The notes beneath the pieces were generated by a model. That model was not told the DNA's origin, did no database searches, and saw nothing but the letters and a program-made list of their open reading frames with translations. A stretch of DNA of 64,000 nucleotides, from contig NC_083427.1 of NCBI RefSeq assembly GCF_020745735.1, forward strand, positions 1,767,438 through 1,831,437. The letters are read 5' to 3'. A program made the translations under genes and the position numbers. The DNA comes from Hemiscyllium ocellatum. Taxonomy: Eukaryota. Numbering within the stretch: position 1 is the stretch's first letter; every line of letters starts with the position of its first letter. Below are positions 1 to 15,300 of the stretch, one piece after another.

Positions 1-899
1 TATCCTTACCATTCGAAGAAAAAAAAACATAAAGAATGTTGACAGAAAGGCTTTACTCCTCTGTTGAAAACCTACTGATTAGATTATATCGTTCATTTGA
101 CGTCTGTCGGGACGGATGGGCACCCTGAATCATGACTCTCCATCTTTCTACCTCACAGAGATATCAGCATTCTGATTTCTGTATTTTTACCAAGATACAC
201 CTTGGAGGTATTCCTACACTAATGAGACTCTTGGATATTTTCCATGAGCAGGAAGTCAGGAATTGTGTGGCACTGGCGGAACTTAAACTGGACATCAATG
301 AGCAGCTTCGGTCTGAGTGTGATGCTGCGTTTCAGCGATGCTCATGTCGCTTTCTTACATTGTACCGATGCTCTAGTGTAGATTGGTGCAGTGGTAACTG
401 GTCAAGGTCTGCATTGTGTGTACAAGTGATTCTCCAAATTGTCAGGTAATTGCCAGAGTTGTTGCTGCACTGATACAGTTGGGTTCGGGGTGTGGAAAAT
501 TCTGGAGTAGAAGTCTTCACTGCTCATGTTGGAGCGTTTTTGGGAGCTGCAGCCTTTGATGCATACAGTGACCACCAGATGTTCTTATTAAGACATGGAG
601 TGAAAAGCTCTGATTGAAGACTTGCATCTGTGATGTTGTTGTTCTCTGGAACAGCTGTAGACTACTCCTTTTCGATTTCCCTATAAGCCATGGCGACAGC
701 GTTCTACTCCTCCATTCTGTTAGTCCTGAGGAATTCCCCAAATACCATTAGATGTGGTACCCTTTGTGAGTTCAAAAATACTTCCTTTTACTACTTTGTG
801 GCTTACTCTAACCTATGATCAGTGACTGAATTCTATTCTTACCAATAGCGTAAGTATTGGAAAGTAGGTTGGATTTGTTCATTGATCATGCGGGAACAA

Positions 900-1010
900 A
901 GCTCGAATATCCAGTCAAAGAGTCATACAGCACGGAAACAGGCACTTCGGTCCAATTAGCACATGCCAAAGACATGCTTATCCAATTGTCTTTTAAATGC
1001 GATAACCGTG
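900..1010 (-). mobile_element. CR1/HER1-type 3' end fragment
   Basis: AGAGTCATACAGCACGGAAACAGG...TTCGGTCCA matches the other CR1 3' ends in the window. Confidence 0.55.
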
Positions 1011-3385
1011 TTTTCACATATGCAGTATGATTGGAAATGAAGTTCTCTGTGGAAAACATGAGGAATGCAGATGCTGGAGATCAGAGTCAGAAAGTGTGGT
1101 GCTGGAAAAACAGAGCTGCTCAGGCAACATCCGAGGAATAGAAGAGTCGAGGCTTCCACCATTAGCTCTTCCTCAGGAACGATTGTGAGTTATACTGCAT
1201 AACATCTCCTATCGTTGATCAAAAGGGCACGTGTCAGCCAGAAACCAACCCTGACATGACGTACTTGAATGCACTTGTCACTATTTAGTGGAAGATACCT
1301 CAATACTCTGGAAATACATTCTTATAAACTCTGACCCTCGTGTCTGTCGAGCACGCCTCAGCACAATTCCGGAGTTTAACATGACTAAATATTCAGACAG
1401 GAACATTTACTAACGGACTCTCGTCTTTATTCTTGCAATGCAGCAGATCAGGTATCATGGCACATGGAAATGTTCACCTGTGTCTCAAACTCCAGCTCTT
1501 TATTTCATGATCTCAAGCCCATACTCATCACGAAGTTACTGCCACTACACAGTTGGATTTCCATTAACCCCTGTTCACATTCAATATTACCTTGCTGTCA
1601 GCTTGAAAGACAAACACACATTAATCGATTGTTTCACACTATCCTTCATCATTTCAATTACTGTTCAATTTTCTTTATACCAGTTTCTATTTCAAAGCAA
1701 CATAAACCTTCCTCTGCGTCCTGTTTTCTGTCGTTATTTTTTTGTAGACCCCTTAAATGTTGACATAAATCTATACAATGCTATGATATTGCTTTAAACT
1801 ATCTATACTGATTGCCCTTTCGTTGTCTGTGCTGTTACGCCTCCTTTGTCATGTTGTCAAGAGAAGTTTCAATTTTCTGTCTTAAAGGAGGGAACTTTGT
1901 TTCACATTACAAAAACAGAATTCTCTTCATTCAGGAATTTCGATGAATTGATCTGTGGGAGCTCTACACTGAGGCATGCACACACAAACACACGGTAGAT
2001 GGTGATAGAATTGACATGGAGTGTCTGTGAATGATGCTTATGATGTCTCTTCCGAGAAATGGTCATTGTCTGACAAGTGGCAAGAATCTAGCTTACTGCT
2101 TGTCTGCCCAAGCCTGGATTCTGTACAGTTTTTTGTGAGGAATAGAGAATCTGAAGTGTCAGATCGATATGTGTGCCGCTAGAAAAGCACAGCAGGTCAG
2201 GCAGCATACAAAGAGCAGGAGATTTGAAATTTTGGGCATAATCCCTTCATTAGGAATGTCAAGATCACACCCTTAGAATTAAAGGCCTTCACTGCATTTT
2301 TTTGTTCAAATAGAAACTACCACTTTACGTTGTATGGATAGTACCTGTTTATTAAACGATTTTCCCTTGAAACTAACAGTGCTGCGAATGCTTGGCAGCT
2401 TCTGTTGCGAGTAAATGAGCTCAGGTTTAAGGCTTTCATGGTTTGTTAAAGTTAACATGATACAAAACGGCAGTAGGGGTCTTTCACACAATCATATTCA
2501 ATCATTTTCAAATGTTATTTATTAATAATAACTCAAAAGATTGACACCACTGCCAGTTTTGTGCAGAATCCGAAACCCTGAAACTTCACTTTCAGTTAGG
2601 AATAGATCACAGTTTTACACGAATCTCGGATTGGAAACCCAATTCCAGAATTTCCCATTGTCCAGTTGTAAAGGAACAAACACTGGAAAAAAATGCCGGA
2701 AATCAACAGGTCTGACACATCCTAGAGTTCTGCAGAAAGGTCATACTGGATTTGAAATGTTATCCCTGCTTCTGTCTCCTCAGATGCTGTCAGTTGACAG
2801 TTCCCGTCTGGTCATCTTTGATTTAAGATAAACTTGGTCGTTTTCATGCTGCGAGCTGACACTACATAAACGCGACTGCAACTGACTATCTGCAACTGGG
2901 AACATTACCAGTTGGAAATTCTAATTCAAACCACTCACCATTCCGACTTGGAAATGTGTTGCAATTTCTTCAATATTGCAGAGTCCATATCCTGGGGTTC
3001 TCTCGCTAATGGCATTATATATCTACCGTCAACACATTGACTGCATGATTCAGGATGGTCGTTCATCACCCACCACACCCCTCCCCCCAGTCTCCGTTGT
3101 GGACTGGAAATGATCCCCGAAAAAGAGTTCAAAAAGGTAACCTAGACCTTAACATTTGATGTTAAAGACAGATGTGAAGTGACTATCCCAGCAGTGATTC
3201 AGCTGGTCATACAACTTCGCTTAAAGTAAATCAATATTTTAGTTAAAACTAGATTTGAAAAACAAAAAAAAAACAGAATTGAGAATAGCTTGTTGGAAAA
3301 CAGAACCAATCCAACACAACAACTTAAGTAAGAAACTTCTCCGATCAAGCAACACCCCGTAAACACATCGGTTGGAAAAAGGGAA

Positions 3386-6300
3386 ATTTAAACACAGATT
3401 CTTATCAGTTAGAGGGAACAACCTACAGTTCCCAGGCTTTTGCTTTCAGTCTTTCTTAAATAATGACAAAATACTTGAACCCTTCTGCCTTTTAGCAGTT
3501 CACCCGTGGTTGTCCATGTCACAGATATTTCTGCCAGACGCTGCAATTACATTTCTAGAGTCCCACAATATACTAGGATAAACCTAAGCATGTCCCAAGT
3601 ATTCGTCTACTTTTATGCATTTTAATGCCTTCTGTATAACCTTGTCAGTAATGAGGACTCTTCTCAAGAGATGTATATTGATTTCGCTGAGTTACTCGCG
3701 TCCATGTCTTCCTGCATTCTGACACAAAATATTCGTTTGGGACCTCGCCCATCTCCTGTCGTTTCACACATATATGTGACCCTTTCTTTAAGAGGCCTTA
3801 TTCACTCCCGAGTAAATTTTTCGCACTTAATATACATGTAAAATCATTTTTAATTCTCCTTAATCTAAATTGCCAAAATTATCTCCTATCCCCCTTATGC
3901 TGTACTCGTTTTCCTCTTAGGTATGCCCCTATACCCCCTTTACTCTCAAAGGATTCACTGATCTCAGATATTCACAACTGAAATATGCCTCTTGCTTTTT
4001 CTTGATCCGAGCGTTAACATCTCTCCTCAGTCAGCGTTCCCTCCTCCTGTCAGCTGTGCCCTTCATTCTCACAGAAACATGTTGTCTCTGAACTCTTGTT
4101 ACAGCACTTTTGAACGCTTCCAATTTGCCAGATGTCCTTTTGCTTGCGAAGAGCCCCACCCAATCAACTGTTGACAGTTTCTATGTAGTAACATCAATGT
4201 TGGCCGTACCCTGATTTAGAATTAAACTTGTGCATTAGTTGTATCATTTTCCATTAGTATTTCAGGAGAATAGAATTATAGTCACTGGTCCAAAAGTTCA
4301 CATCCACTTGCCTGACTTATTTCCCAAGAAGTGGTCGACCTCTGCCTCTTCTCTGTACATCCATCTACATATTGATTAAGAAAACATTCTCCCTTGGAAA
4401 GGAAGCGTTGCTGCACCCATATCAGTGACATGAGAGGATGAATAATAATCCATACGAATCACTCCATTGACACATTTCTGGTTGAAACAGAATCGTAGAA
4501 CCATACAACATATCGATAGTCTAATCTGCCAGTTTTACATGCGTGCTGGCTACCTTGAAAGAGACATCGAATTTGTAGCACTTTAAATCACTTTCACACT
4601 GATTATTTTATTTGCAAACTACCCATTCTCTTGCTTGTTCAAGGTCAATGTGTTTTCTGTTGTCCCTTGTTTTAAAGCAAGTATTTTACAATCATGCTCA
4701 GCTATTGACAGCACTGACAGAGAAAATGCTTTATTCCCACAACAAACCTATAATCATGAATCCATCAATTAAATAGTCTCTGCAACTACAGAAATACAGC
4801 AACAGAAAGTGGAGTTGCAGGTCGATAGGATAGTGAAGAAGGTGTTTGATATGCTTGCCTTTATTGGTCACTCCATTGAGTATTGAGTTGAGAGATCATG
4901 TTATGGCTGTACAGAACATTGGCTAATCTAGTTCTGGAGGACTATGCGCAATTCTGGTCTCCCTGCTGAAGGAAGGATGTCGTCAACCCTGAAAGTTTTC
5001 ACCATAGATTAACAAGGATTTTGCCATAAGTGGAGGGTTTGAGCTATCGGGAGAGTCTGAATAAACTGGTGGTATTCAAACTCAGGTTCTTACCAGTTGG
5101 AGAGAACAACCTCCAGAGATTTCCGAGAGGTACGTCAACTTGAAAGGATCTTCTCAAGTTTGAACCCTGTTATACTCCAACTGCTTCTGTCTGTTACTGT
5201 GAAACCGAAGTTCAAGAAGCTTGAACGTGGAGAACTGTTAACTCCCTTGCCATTGTTAAACTAAGCTTTTCCGAAACATTTTGGTACGTCTGTCTTAACA
5301 AAATCTTTCAAAAGAAAACAAGGACAAAATAATCTTTTTAAACGGACATCATTGTCACACCTCCACCTTCTCAAGGAGAAATGAGGATGTGCACTAAGCA
5401 CTGGATCCAGATAGCGATGCCAAATTCCCATGTAGCGAAGTGCTCCCCCCAGTATTGTAAACACATGAGCACTGTCAAAATCAGTAATAACATTTGAGGT
5501 AAACACTGAGTACTGCACTCGCCAACTTCTTCCTTTCCGAAAAAAAAGACTAGTCACTGCAACTACAATTTTGTTTGGAAATTAACGCAGGCCTTTCTGC
5601 CAGTACCCCTATCCTGTGAACGATTGAAAAGAAAAGAAAAGAAAATCTCACTGTGAAGACAAAAGTTCCATTTTCCATGAACGGTGCAACTTGCAGATAG
5701 GTTTTTGAGTGCAAAGAATGAGGAGCAGACCATAAAGCCAATTAACTTTTTCAGTTAAGATTTGCAAACTGGTGCTCAACCACTGAATGACGTAACTCAT
5801 TGCCTTCCCCAGTGTGCAGTGAAGGCTGGCCTATTGCATATTTTTTGCATTAATAAGGAAATCCTGATTTGGGGGAGCAGTCTGCAATTGGAGTTAGGAT
5901 GGATTCCAATAAGCCGTCGTCTAATCACATGGCAGAACCGGTTCAAAGTGGCAAATAGCCTACCGTTGCTCCTAGTTCTTAATGCCTTACTTAGGATTAC
6001 ACAACTCCAGTCAATTTTATCGTAAGGTTACAGGCATGGTGGGTGAAGGTATTGCTGTTGATTATGTGCACAAGGCAAAACAGAAAGAATCACTGCCTAG
6101 CCGTCGACACATAATTGAAGAACATAAAATTAAATATGCAGCTCGGAATGGTTGAAAAATCCCTAAGAACATACGATGGAGAAGGTTGCGCTGATTAATT
6201 GGTTCATTATTAAAAGATGGTGGAGAAAAGATTCTTTTTCACTCAGTTTCAAGGATTCTTGCTCAATTCGATATAAATGTGCTGATTTGGCTGTATCAGT

Positions 6301-9300
6301 GGAGGGCGCAGTTTATAGACAGGCCCAGCTGTCGCCTCATTTTGAACTGCCAGCTGGATGGACTAAAACGAACAAGTCTTATTTTCATTCATTCAAGAGA
6401 CAGTGAGAGCCAGTAAGTATGCAAGCATTTTATTGCCCATCCGGAGCTGAGATGGTGTCAATAATATGCAGTAGTCTCTGGTCTTGCAGAGACACACACA
6501 GTGCTGTTGAGAAGGTCGGTCAAAGACAGTACCCTTCAGCAATGGGCAACACTGCTGGAGCTGCGATATAACTCCAAGTCAAGACGGTGAGGGGCCTGGA
6601 AATACATTGAATTTATGTGTTACCATGCATCTGCTGCCCCATCCTTCTCGATTATAGAGGCCATTTGTAAACCATACATTGTAACATGTCTAAATGAGAA
6701 CAAAGGGCACAACAGTAAGGTACGGGGTTTGGTTACCTCGGTTGGCTGAGTGTTTAGTTTCTGATATAGAGGGCAAGAGCATTAGTTGAATTCCCTTGGT
6801 AAATTTGCATTTACTGTCAGGGTGGATGCAATCGAGAATCTGGTGTTCTGAACCGAAAAAAATGGACTGATAGGAAAGACATTTGACATAGAGAAGTTAT
6901 ACAACCAAGACAGGATGCATGCTATTTGAGAATAAGGGACCTGAGGTGAGCTTTATGGAAATTCTGACCACAGTGTTCCAAGTCTAATGTTTTGAAGGAC
7001 CTTACAGCAGAAATGGAGGATTGTAAATGATAGCCTTTTATTTAGGATTGTGGAGGGGGCGTGCAGCAAGCACGCAAATGCCAGTAATATCAATTAGAAG
7101 CGTGGTCACAGGCAAAGCAAAGAACACTTGTACAGAACATGGCTAAAAACCAACATTTGTTGTTGACTTGGTACAGACCGGGATGTGAATTTCCAATGAC
7201 ATTTGACATTTTGCAAGGACTGAAACCTCGCAAAATGAGTTGGAATAGACCACCAGCAGTAAACCGTGTTATGGCTTCATAACTCTAGCCGTAACCCTAT
7301 TGCTTTATTCATACAAGATTTATTTTGTCCTGTTAAAAACATGGAAGACACCAATCATTTAGAGGCATGCAGTCATAGAGTCATGCAACATGGAAACTGC
7401 CCCTTCTGCACAACTGTTACATTCCATCAAGGATTCCTAAACGGAACTTTCCCATTTTCCTGCGATTTGTTCATATCTCTGTAAACCTTTGCAATCTATG
7501 CACCCGTCCAAATTGTGTTTACATGTTAGAACTGTACCTGCATCTACCACTTGCTCTGGAAGCTCATATGCATCACCCTGTGTGTGGAACAGTCGCCCCT
7601 CAGGTCACTTTTAATTTTTATTCCTCCCATCCTAAACTTCTGCCCTCTTGTTTTGGACTTCTGTACAGTGGGGAAAAAAGACCTTGGCGCTTCACCTTTT
7701 AAATGCCACTCATGATTTTATGACATGGAGGTACTGGTGTTGGACTACAGTGGACATGTTCAGAAGTCGCAAAACACAAAGTTACAATCCAACGGGATTA
7801 TTTGAAATCAAAAGCTTTCAAAGTGCTGCCCTTTCATCACATGAAGTGATGTAGAGGTACTGCTCTGGAAGGTTGTGATGACAAATAGATCTGTTTAACT
7901 ACAACTGGAAGTCATGTGACTTTTGACCATGATTTCATAAACATTTATAAGTTCACCCTTCAGCCTCGTAAGCTCCAGGGAATAGCAGTCCGAGTTTATC
8001 GAGTCTCTCCTCTTAACTCAAACTCTCCTGCCTTGGGAACATCCTTATAAATGTTCTTTGCACCCTACCTTTTTAATGACATCTTTCCTGTAGTCTGACC
8101 GGAATTGTACACAGTACTCCAAATGTGGTCTCACCAATTATGCTAACATCCATAACATGAAATCCCAAACTCTTGTAATCAATGCTCTGACAGATGAAGG
8201 CAAGTGTGACAAACGGCCTTCTTCACCAACCAGTCTACCTGTGTCACCACTTTCAATGAACTGTGCCTCTGCGCCCTGAGAAATGTCAACATGCCCTTGG
8301 TTCTTCCATTAAGTCCTGATCTGGTTTGTCTTAAGAAAATGCAACACTTTGCATTTAAGTAATTTAAACTCCATCTGCCATTCCTCGCACCATTGGCTCA
8401 GTTCTCCTCGTATGGAACCTTCTTGACTTTGTAGTTAATTTGGAGTTGTTCACACACTCATGAACATTGTCTCAGATATTCGCAACAAAAACATTTACTT
8501 AACCGATGAATAACAGTGAAACAAACACCAGTACTTGAGGCACACAACTGGTCACAACCTCCAGTCTGAACCACAACCTCTATCACCACCCTCTGTCTAT
8601 GAGCATGAAGCCAAATTTTCTAATTCACTAGCTCTTCCTGCATCCCATTTGTTTCTCATGGTATTATCCAGTCTGCCATGCGGAACCTTGTTAAAGGCCT
8701 TACCAATGTCCATGTGCACAATGACTGCCATTCTGTCTTAATCTAACGTCTTGGTCACCCGTCCAATGATCTCAGTCAAATTAGTGAGACACGATCTCCC
8801 ACATGCAAAGTCATACTGAGTGATCCTCATTAATCCTTGCCGTTCCAAATGCGGGTTAATATTTTCTCTCAGAATCCCCTCTAATAACTTATCCACCACT
8901 GACGTCAGACTTACTGTTATATAGTGTCCAGGCTTTTGCTTTCAGTCTTTCTTAAATAATGACAAAATACTTGAACCTTTCTGCCTTTAAGCAGTTCATC
9001 CGAGGTTGTCCATGTCACAGATATTTCTGCCAGACGCTGCAATTACATTTCGAGAGTCCCACAATATACTAGGATAAACCTTAGCATGTCCCAGGTATTC
9101 GTCTACTTTTATGCATTTTAATGCCTTCTGTATAACCTTGTCAGTAATGAGGACTCTTCTCAAGAGATGAATGTTGATTTCGCTGAGTTGCTCGCGTCCA
9201 TGTTTTCCTGCATTCTGACACAAAATATTCGTTTGGGACCTCGCCCATCTCCTGTCGTTTCACACATATATGTGACCCTTCCTTGAAGTGGCCCTATTCT

Positions 9301-12300
9301 CTGCCTAGTTACTTTTTCGCACTTAATATACATGTAAAATCATTTTGGATTCTCCTTAATCTAAATTGCCAAAACTATCTCCTATCCCCTTTATGCTGTA
9401 CTCGTTTTCCTCTTAGGTATGCCCTTATACCCGCTTTACTCTCAAAGGATTCACGGATCTCAGATATTCACAACTGAAATATGCCTCTTGCTTTTTCTCG
9501 ACCCGAGCGTTAACATCTCTCCTCAGTCAGCGTTCCCTACTCCTGTCAGCTGTGCCCTTCACTCTCACAGGAACATGTTGTCTCTGAACTCTTGTTACAG
9601 CACTTTTGAACGCTTCCAATTTGCCAGATGTCCTTTTGCTTGCGAAGAGCCCCACCCAATCAACTGTTGACAGTTTCTATGTAGTAACTTCAAAATTGTC
9701 AGTACCCTGATTTAGAATTGAACTTGTGCATTAGTTGTATCATTTTCCATTAGTATTTTAGGAGAATAGAATTATAGTCACTGGTCCAAAATTTCTCATC
9801 CACTTGCCTGACTTATTTCCCAAGAAGTGGTCGACCTTTGCCTCTTCTCTGTACATCCATCTACATATTGATTAAGAAAACATTCTCCCTTGGAAAGGAA
9901 GCGTTGCTGTACCCATATCAGTGACATGAAAGGATGAATAATAATCCATACGAATCACTCCATTGACACGTTTCTGTTTGAAACAGAATCGTAGAACCAT
10001 AGAACATATCGATAGTCTAATCTGCCAGTTGTACATGTGTGCTGGCTACATTGAAAGAGACATCGAATTTGTAGCACTTTAAATCACTTTCACACTGATT
10101 ATTTTATTTGCAAACTACCCATTCTCTTGCTTTTTCAAGGTCAATGTGTTTTCTGTTGTCCCTCGTTTTAAAGCAAGTATTTTACATTCATGCTCAGCTA
10201 TTGACAGCACTGACAGAGAAAATGCTTTATTCCCACAACAAACCTATAATCATGAATCCATCAGTTAAAAAGTCTCTGCAACTACAGAAATACGGCAACA
10301 GAAAGTAGAGTTGCAGGTCGATAGGATAGTGAAGAAGGTGTTTGATATGCTTGCCTTTATTGGTCACTCCATTGAGTATTGAGTTGAGAGGTCATGTTAC
10401 GGCTGTACAGAACATTGGCTAATCTAGTTCTGGAGGACTATCTACAATTCTGGTCTCCCTGCTGAAGGAAGGATGTCGTCAACCCTGAAAGTTTTCACCA
10501 TAGATTAACAAGGATTTTGCCATGAGTGGAGGGTTTGAGCTATCGGGAGAGTTTGAATAAACTGGTGCTATTCAAACTCAGGTTCTTACCAGTTGGAGAG
10601 AACAACCTCCAGAGATTTCCGAGAGGTACGTCAACTTGAAAGGATCTTCTCAAGTTTGAAACCCTGTTACACTCCAACTGCTTCTGTCTGTTACTGTGAA
10701 ACCGAAGTTCAAGAAGCTTGAACGTGGAGAACTTTTAACTCCCTTGCCATTGTTAAACTAAGCTTTTCCGAAACATTTTGGTACGTCTGTCTTTACAAAA
10801 TCTTTCAAAAGAAAACAAGGACAAAATAATCTTTTTAAACGGACATCATTGTCACACCTCCACCTTCTCAAGGACCAACGAGGATGGGCACTAAGCACTG
10901 GATCCAGATAGCGATGCCAAATTCCGATGTAGCGAAGTGCTCCCTCCAGTAGTGTAAACACATGAGCATTGTCAAAATCAATAATAACATTTGAGGTAAA
11001 CACTGAGTAATGCACTCTCCAACTTCTTCCTTTCCGAAATAAAAAGACTATTCACTGCAAGTACAATTTTGGTTGGAAATTAACGCATGCCTTTCTGCCA
11101 GTACCCCTATCCTGTGAAAGATTGAAAAGAAAAGCCAGGAACGTGCTTCCAGTGAAATCCAACTATGAAGACAAAAGTTCCATTTTCCATGAACGGTGCA
11201 ACTTGTAGATAGGGTTTTGAGTGCAAAGAATGTGGAGCAGGCCATAAAGACAATTAAGTTTCTCAGTTAAGGTTTGCAAACTGATGCTCAACTGAATGAC
11301 TTAACACATTGCCTTCCCCAGTGTGCAGTGAAGGCTGGCCCATTGCATATTTTTTGCAATAAAAAGGAAATCATGATTTGGGAGAGCAGTCTGCAATTGG
11401 AGTTAGGCTGGAATCCAATGAGCCGTCGTCTTTTCACATGGCAGAACAGGTTCAAAGGGGCAAAAAGCCTACTGCTGCTTCTATTTCTTAATGCCTTACT
11501 TAGGATTGCACAAATCCAGTCAGCTTTATAGTAAGGTTACAGGCATGGCGGGTGAAGGTATTACGTGTACCTTCATTATGTGTACAAGGCAAAACAGGAA
11601 GAATCACTGCCTCGGCGTCTACGTATAATTGAAGATCATAAAATTAAATATGCAGCTCGATATGGTTAAAAAATCCCTTAGAACATACGAAGGAGAAGGA
11701 TTCGCTTATTAATTGGTTCAGTGTAAAGAGATGGTGGAGAAAATATTCTTTTTCACTCAGTTTCCAGGATTCTTGCTCAATTTGATATAAATGTGCTGAT
11801 TTGGCTGAATCAGTAGAGGGCGCAGTTTATAGACAGGCCCAACTCTCGTCTCATTTTCTACTGTCAGCTGGATGGAATAAAACGAGCAAGTATTATTTTC
11901 ATTCATTCAAGAGACAGTGAGAGTCAGTAAATATGCAAGCATGTTATTGCCCATCCGGAGCTGACATGGTGTCAATGATACGCAGTAATCTCTGGTCTTG
12001 CAGAGACACCCACAGTGCTATTGAGAAGGTCGGTCAAAGACTGTACCCTTCAGGAATGAGCAATACTGCTGGAGCTGCGATATAATTCCAAGTGAAGACG
12101 GTGAGGGGCTTGGAAATACATTGAATTTATGTGTGTTCCCAGGCATCTGCTGCCCCATCCTTCTCGATTATAAAGGCCATTTGTAAACCATATATTGTAA
12201 CATTTCTAAATCAGAACAAAGGACACAACATATTGCAGGATGGTACGGGGATTGGTTACCTCGGTTGGCTGAGTGTTTATTTTCTGATAGAGAGGACAAT

Positions 12301-15300
12301 AGCGTTGGTTGAATTCCCTTGGTAAATTTGCATTTACTGTCAGGGAGGATGCAATCGAAAATCTGGTGGTCTGAACCGAACAAAAAAGAGGACTGTTAGG
12401 AAAGACATTTGACGTAGAGAAGTTATACAACCAAGACAGGATGTACACCATTTGAGAATAAGGGACGTGAGGTGAGGTTTATGGAAATTCTGACCACAAT
12501 GTTCCAAGTCTAATGTTTTGAGGGACCTTACAGCAGAAATGGAGGTTTGTAAATGATAGCCTTTTATTTAGGATTGTGGAGGGGGCGTGCAGGAAGCGCC
12601 CAAATACAAGTAATATCAATTGGAAGCGTGGTCACAGGCAAAGTAAAGAACACTTTATGGCTAAAAACCAACATTTGTTGTTGACTTGGTACCGACCGGG
12701 ATGTGAATTTCCAACGACATTTGACATTTTGCAAGTGCTAAAACCTCGCAAAATGGGTTGGAATAGACCATCGGCAGTAAACCGTATTATGGCGTCATAA
12801 CTCTAGCCATAACCCTATTGCTTTATTAATACAAGATTTGTTTTGTCCTGTTAAAAACACGGAGGATACCATTCATTTAGAGGCATGCAGTCATAGAGTC
12901 ATGCAACATGGACACTGCCCCTTCAGCCCAACTGTTACATTCCATCAAGGGTTCCTAAACGGAACTTTCCCAATTTCCTGCGATTGGTCCATATCTCTAT
13001 AAACCTTTGCAATCTATGTACCCGTCCAAATTGCGTTTACATGTTAGAACTTTACCTGCATCTACCACTTGCTCTGGCAGCTCATATGCGTCACCCTCTG
13101 TGTGGAACAGTTGCCCCTCAGGTCACTTTTAAATTGTTTTCCTCTCAGCCTAAACTTCTGCCCTCTTGTTTTGGACTGCTGTACAGTGGGGGGAAAAAAA
13201 GACCTTGGCTGTTCACCCATTAAATGCCACTCGTGATTTTATGATATGAGGTACTGGTGTTGGACTATGGTGGACATGTTCAAAAGTCACAAAACACAAA
13301 GTTACAATCCAACGGGATTATTTGAAATCAAAAGCTTTCAAAGTGCTGCCCTTTCATCACATGAAGTGATGCAGAGATAGTGCTTTGGAAGGTTGTGATG
13401 ACAAATAGACCTGTTTAGCTACAACTGGAAGTCATATGACTTTTGACCATGACTTTATAAACATTTATAAGGTCACCCTTCAGCCTCGTACGTTCCAGGG
13501 AATAACAGTCCGAGCTTATCGAGTCTCACCTCTTAACTCAATCCCTCCTGCCTTGGGAACATCCTTATAAATATTCTTTGCATCCTACCATTTTAATGAC
13601 ATCTTTCCTGTAGTCTGACCGGAATTGTACACAGTACTCCAAATGTGGTCTCACCAATTATGTTAACATCCATAACATGAAATCCCAAACTCCTGTAATC
13701 AATGCTCTGACAGGTGAAGGCAAATGTGACATACGGCCTTCTTCACCAACCAGTCTACCTTTGTCACCACTTTCAATGAACTGTGCCTCTGCGCCCTGAG
13801 AAATGTCAACATGCCATTGGTTCTTCCATTAAGTCCTGATCTGGTTTGTCTTAAGAAAATGTAACACTTTGTATTTAAGTAATTTAAACTCCATCTTCCA
13901 TTCCTCGCACCATTGGCCCAGTTCTCCTCGTAAGGAACCTTCTTGACTTTGTATTTAATTTGGACTGAGTCATGAACAATGTCTCAGATTTTCTCAACAA
14001 AAACGTTTGCTTAACCGATGAATAACAGTGAAACAAACACCAGTACTTGAGGCACACAACTGGTCACAACCTCCAGTCTGAACCACAACCTCTATCACCA
14101 CCCTCTGTCTATGAGCATAAAGCCAAATTTTCTAATTCACTAGTTCTTCTTGCATCCCATTTGTTTCTCATGGTATTATCCAGTCTGCCATGCAGAACCT
14201 TGTTAACGGCCTTACCAATGTCCATGTGCACACTGTCTGCCATTCTGTCTTAACCTATCGTCTTGGTCACCCCTCCAAAGATCTCAGTGAAATTAGTGAG
14301 ACACGATCTCCCACGTGCAAAGTCATGCTGAGTGTCCCTCATTAATCCTTGCCGTTCCAAATGCGGGTTAATATTTTCTCTCAGAATCCCCTCTAATAAC
14401 TTATCCACCACTGACGTCAGGCTTTCTGTTATATAGTTCCCATGCTTTTGCTTTCAGTCTTTCTTAAATAATGACAAAATACTTGAACCCGCTTTCCTTT
14501 TAGCAGTTCATCCGTGGTTGTGCATGTCACAGATATTTCTGCCAGACGCTGCAATTACATTTCGAGAGTCCCACAATATACTAGGATAAACCTAAGCATG
14601 TCCCAGGTATTCGTCTACTTTTATGCATTTTAGTGCCTTCAGTATCTCCTTGTCAGTAGTGAGGACTCTTCTCAAGAGATGAATATTGATTTCGCTGAGT
14701 TGCTCGCGTCCATGTCTTCCTGCATTCTGACACAATATATTCGTTTGGGACCTCGCCCATCTCCTGTCGTTTCACACATATACGTGACCCTTTCTTTAAG
14801 GGGCCCTATTCTCTCCCTAGTTACTTTATCGCCCTTAATATACATGTAAAATCATTTTGGATTCTCCTTAATCTAAATTGCCAAAACTATCTCCTATCCC
14901 CTTTATGCTGTACTCGTTTTCCTCTTAGGTATGCCCCTATACCCCGTTTACTCTCAAAGGATTCACTGATCTCAGACATTCACAACTGAAATATGCCTCT
15001 TGCTTTTTCTTGACCCAAGCGTTAACATCTCTCCTCAGTCAGCGTTCCCTACTCCTGTCAGCTGTGCCCTTCACACTCACAGGAACATGTTGTCTCTGAA
15101 CTCTTGTTATGTCACTTGTGAACGCTTCCAATTTGTCAGATGTTCGTTTGCTTGCGAAGAGCCCCACCCAATCAACTGTTGACAGTTTCTATGTAGTAAC
15201 ATCAAAATTGGCAGTACCTTGATTTAGAATTGAACTTGTGCATTAGTTGTATCATTTTCCATTACTATTTTAGGATAATAGAATTACAGTCACTGGTCCA

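Noticed and set aside
132-760. ORFs at the window start, with Ser/Thr-rich minus-strand frames
   Set aside because: Stops in all frames and no recognisable domain. Possibly an old repeat, not assignable.
5550-5645. Strong minus-strand acceptor followed by IGVLAERPALISKQNCSCSD*, present in three units
   Set aside because: Conservation is expected from recent duplication. There is no upstream exon or homology to support a gene.
6497-6503. CACAGTG heptamers in the tandem units (also ~12011 and ~17533) as cryptic RSSs
   Set aside because: No nonamer-like sequence at 12 or 22/23 bp.
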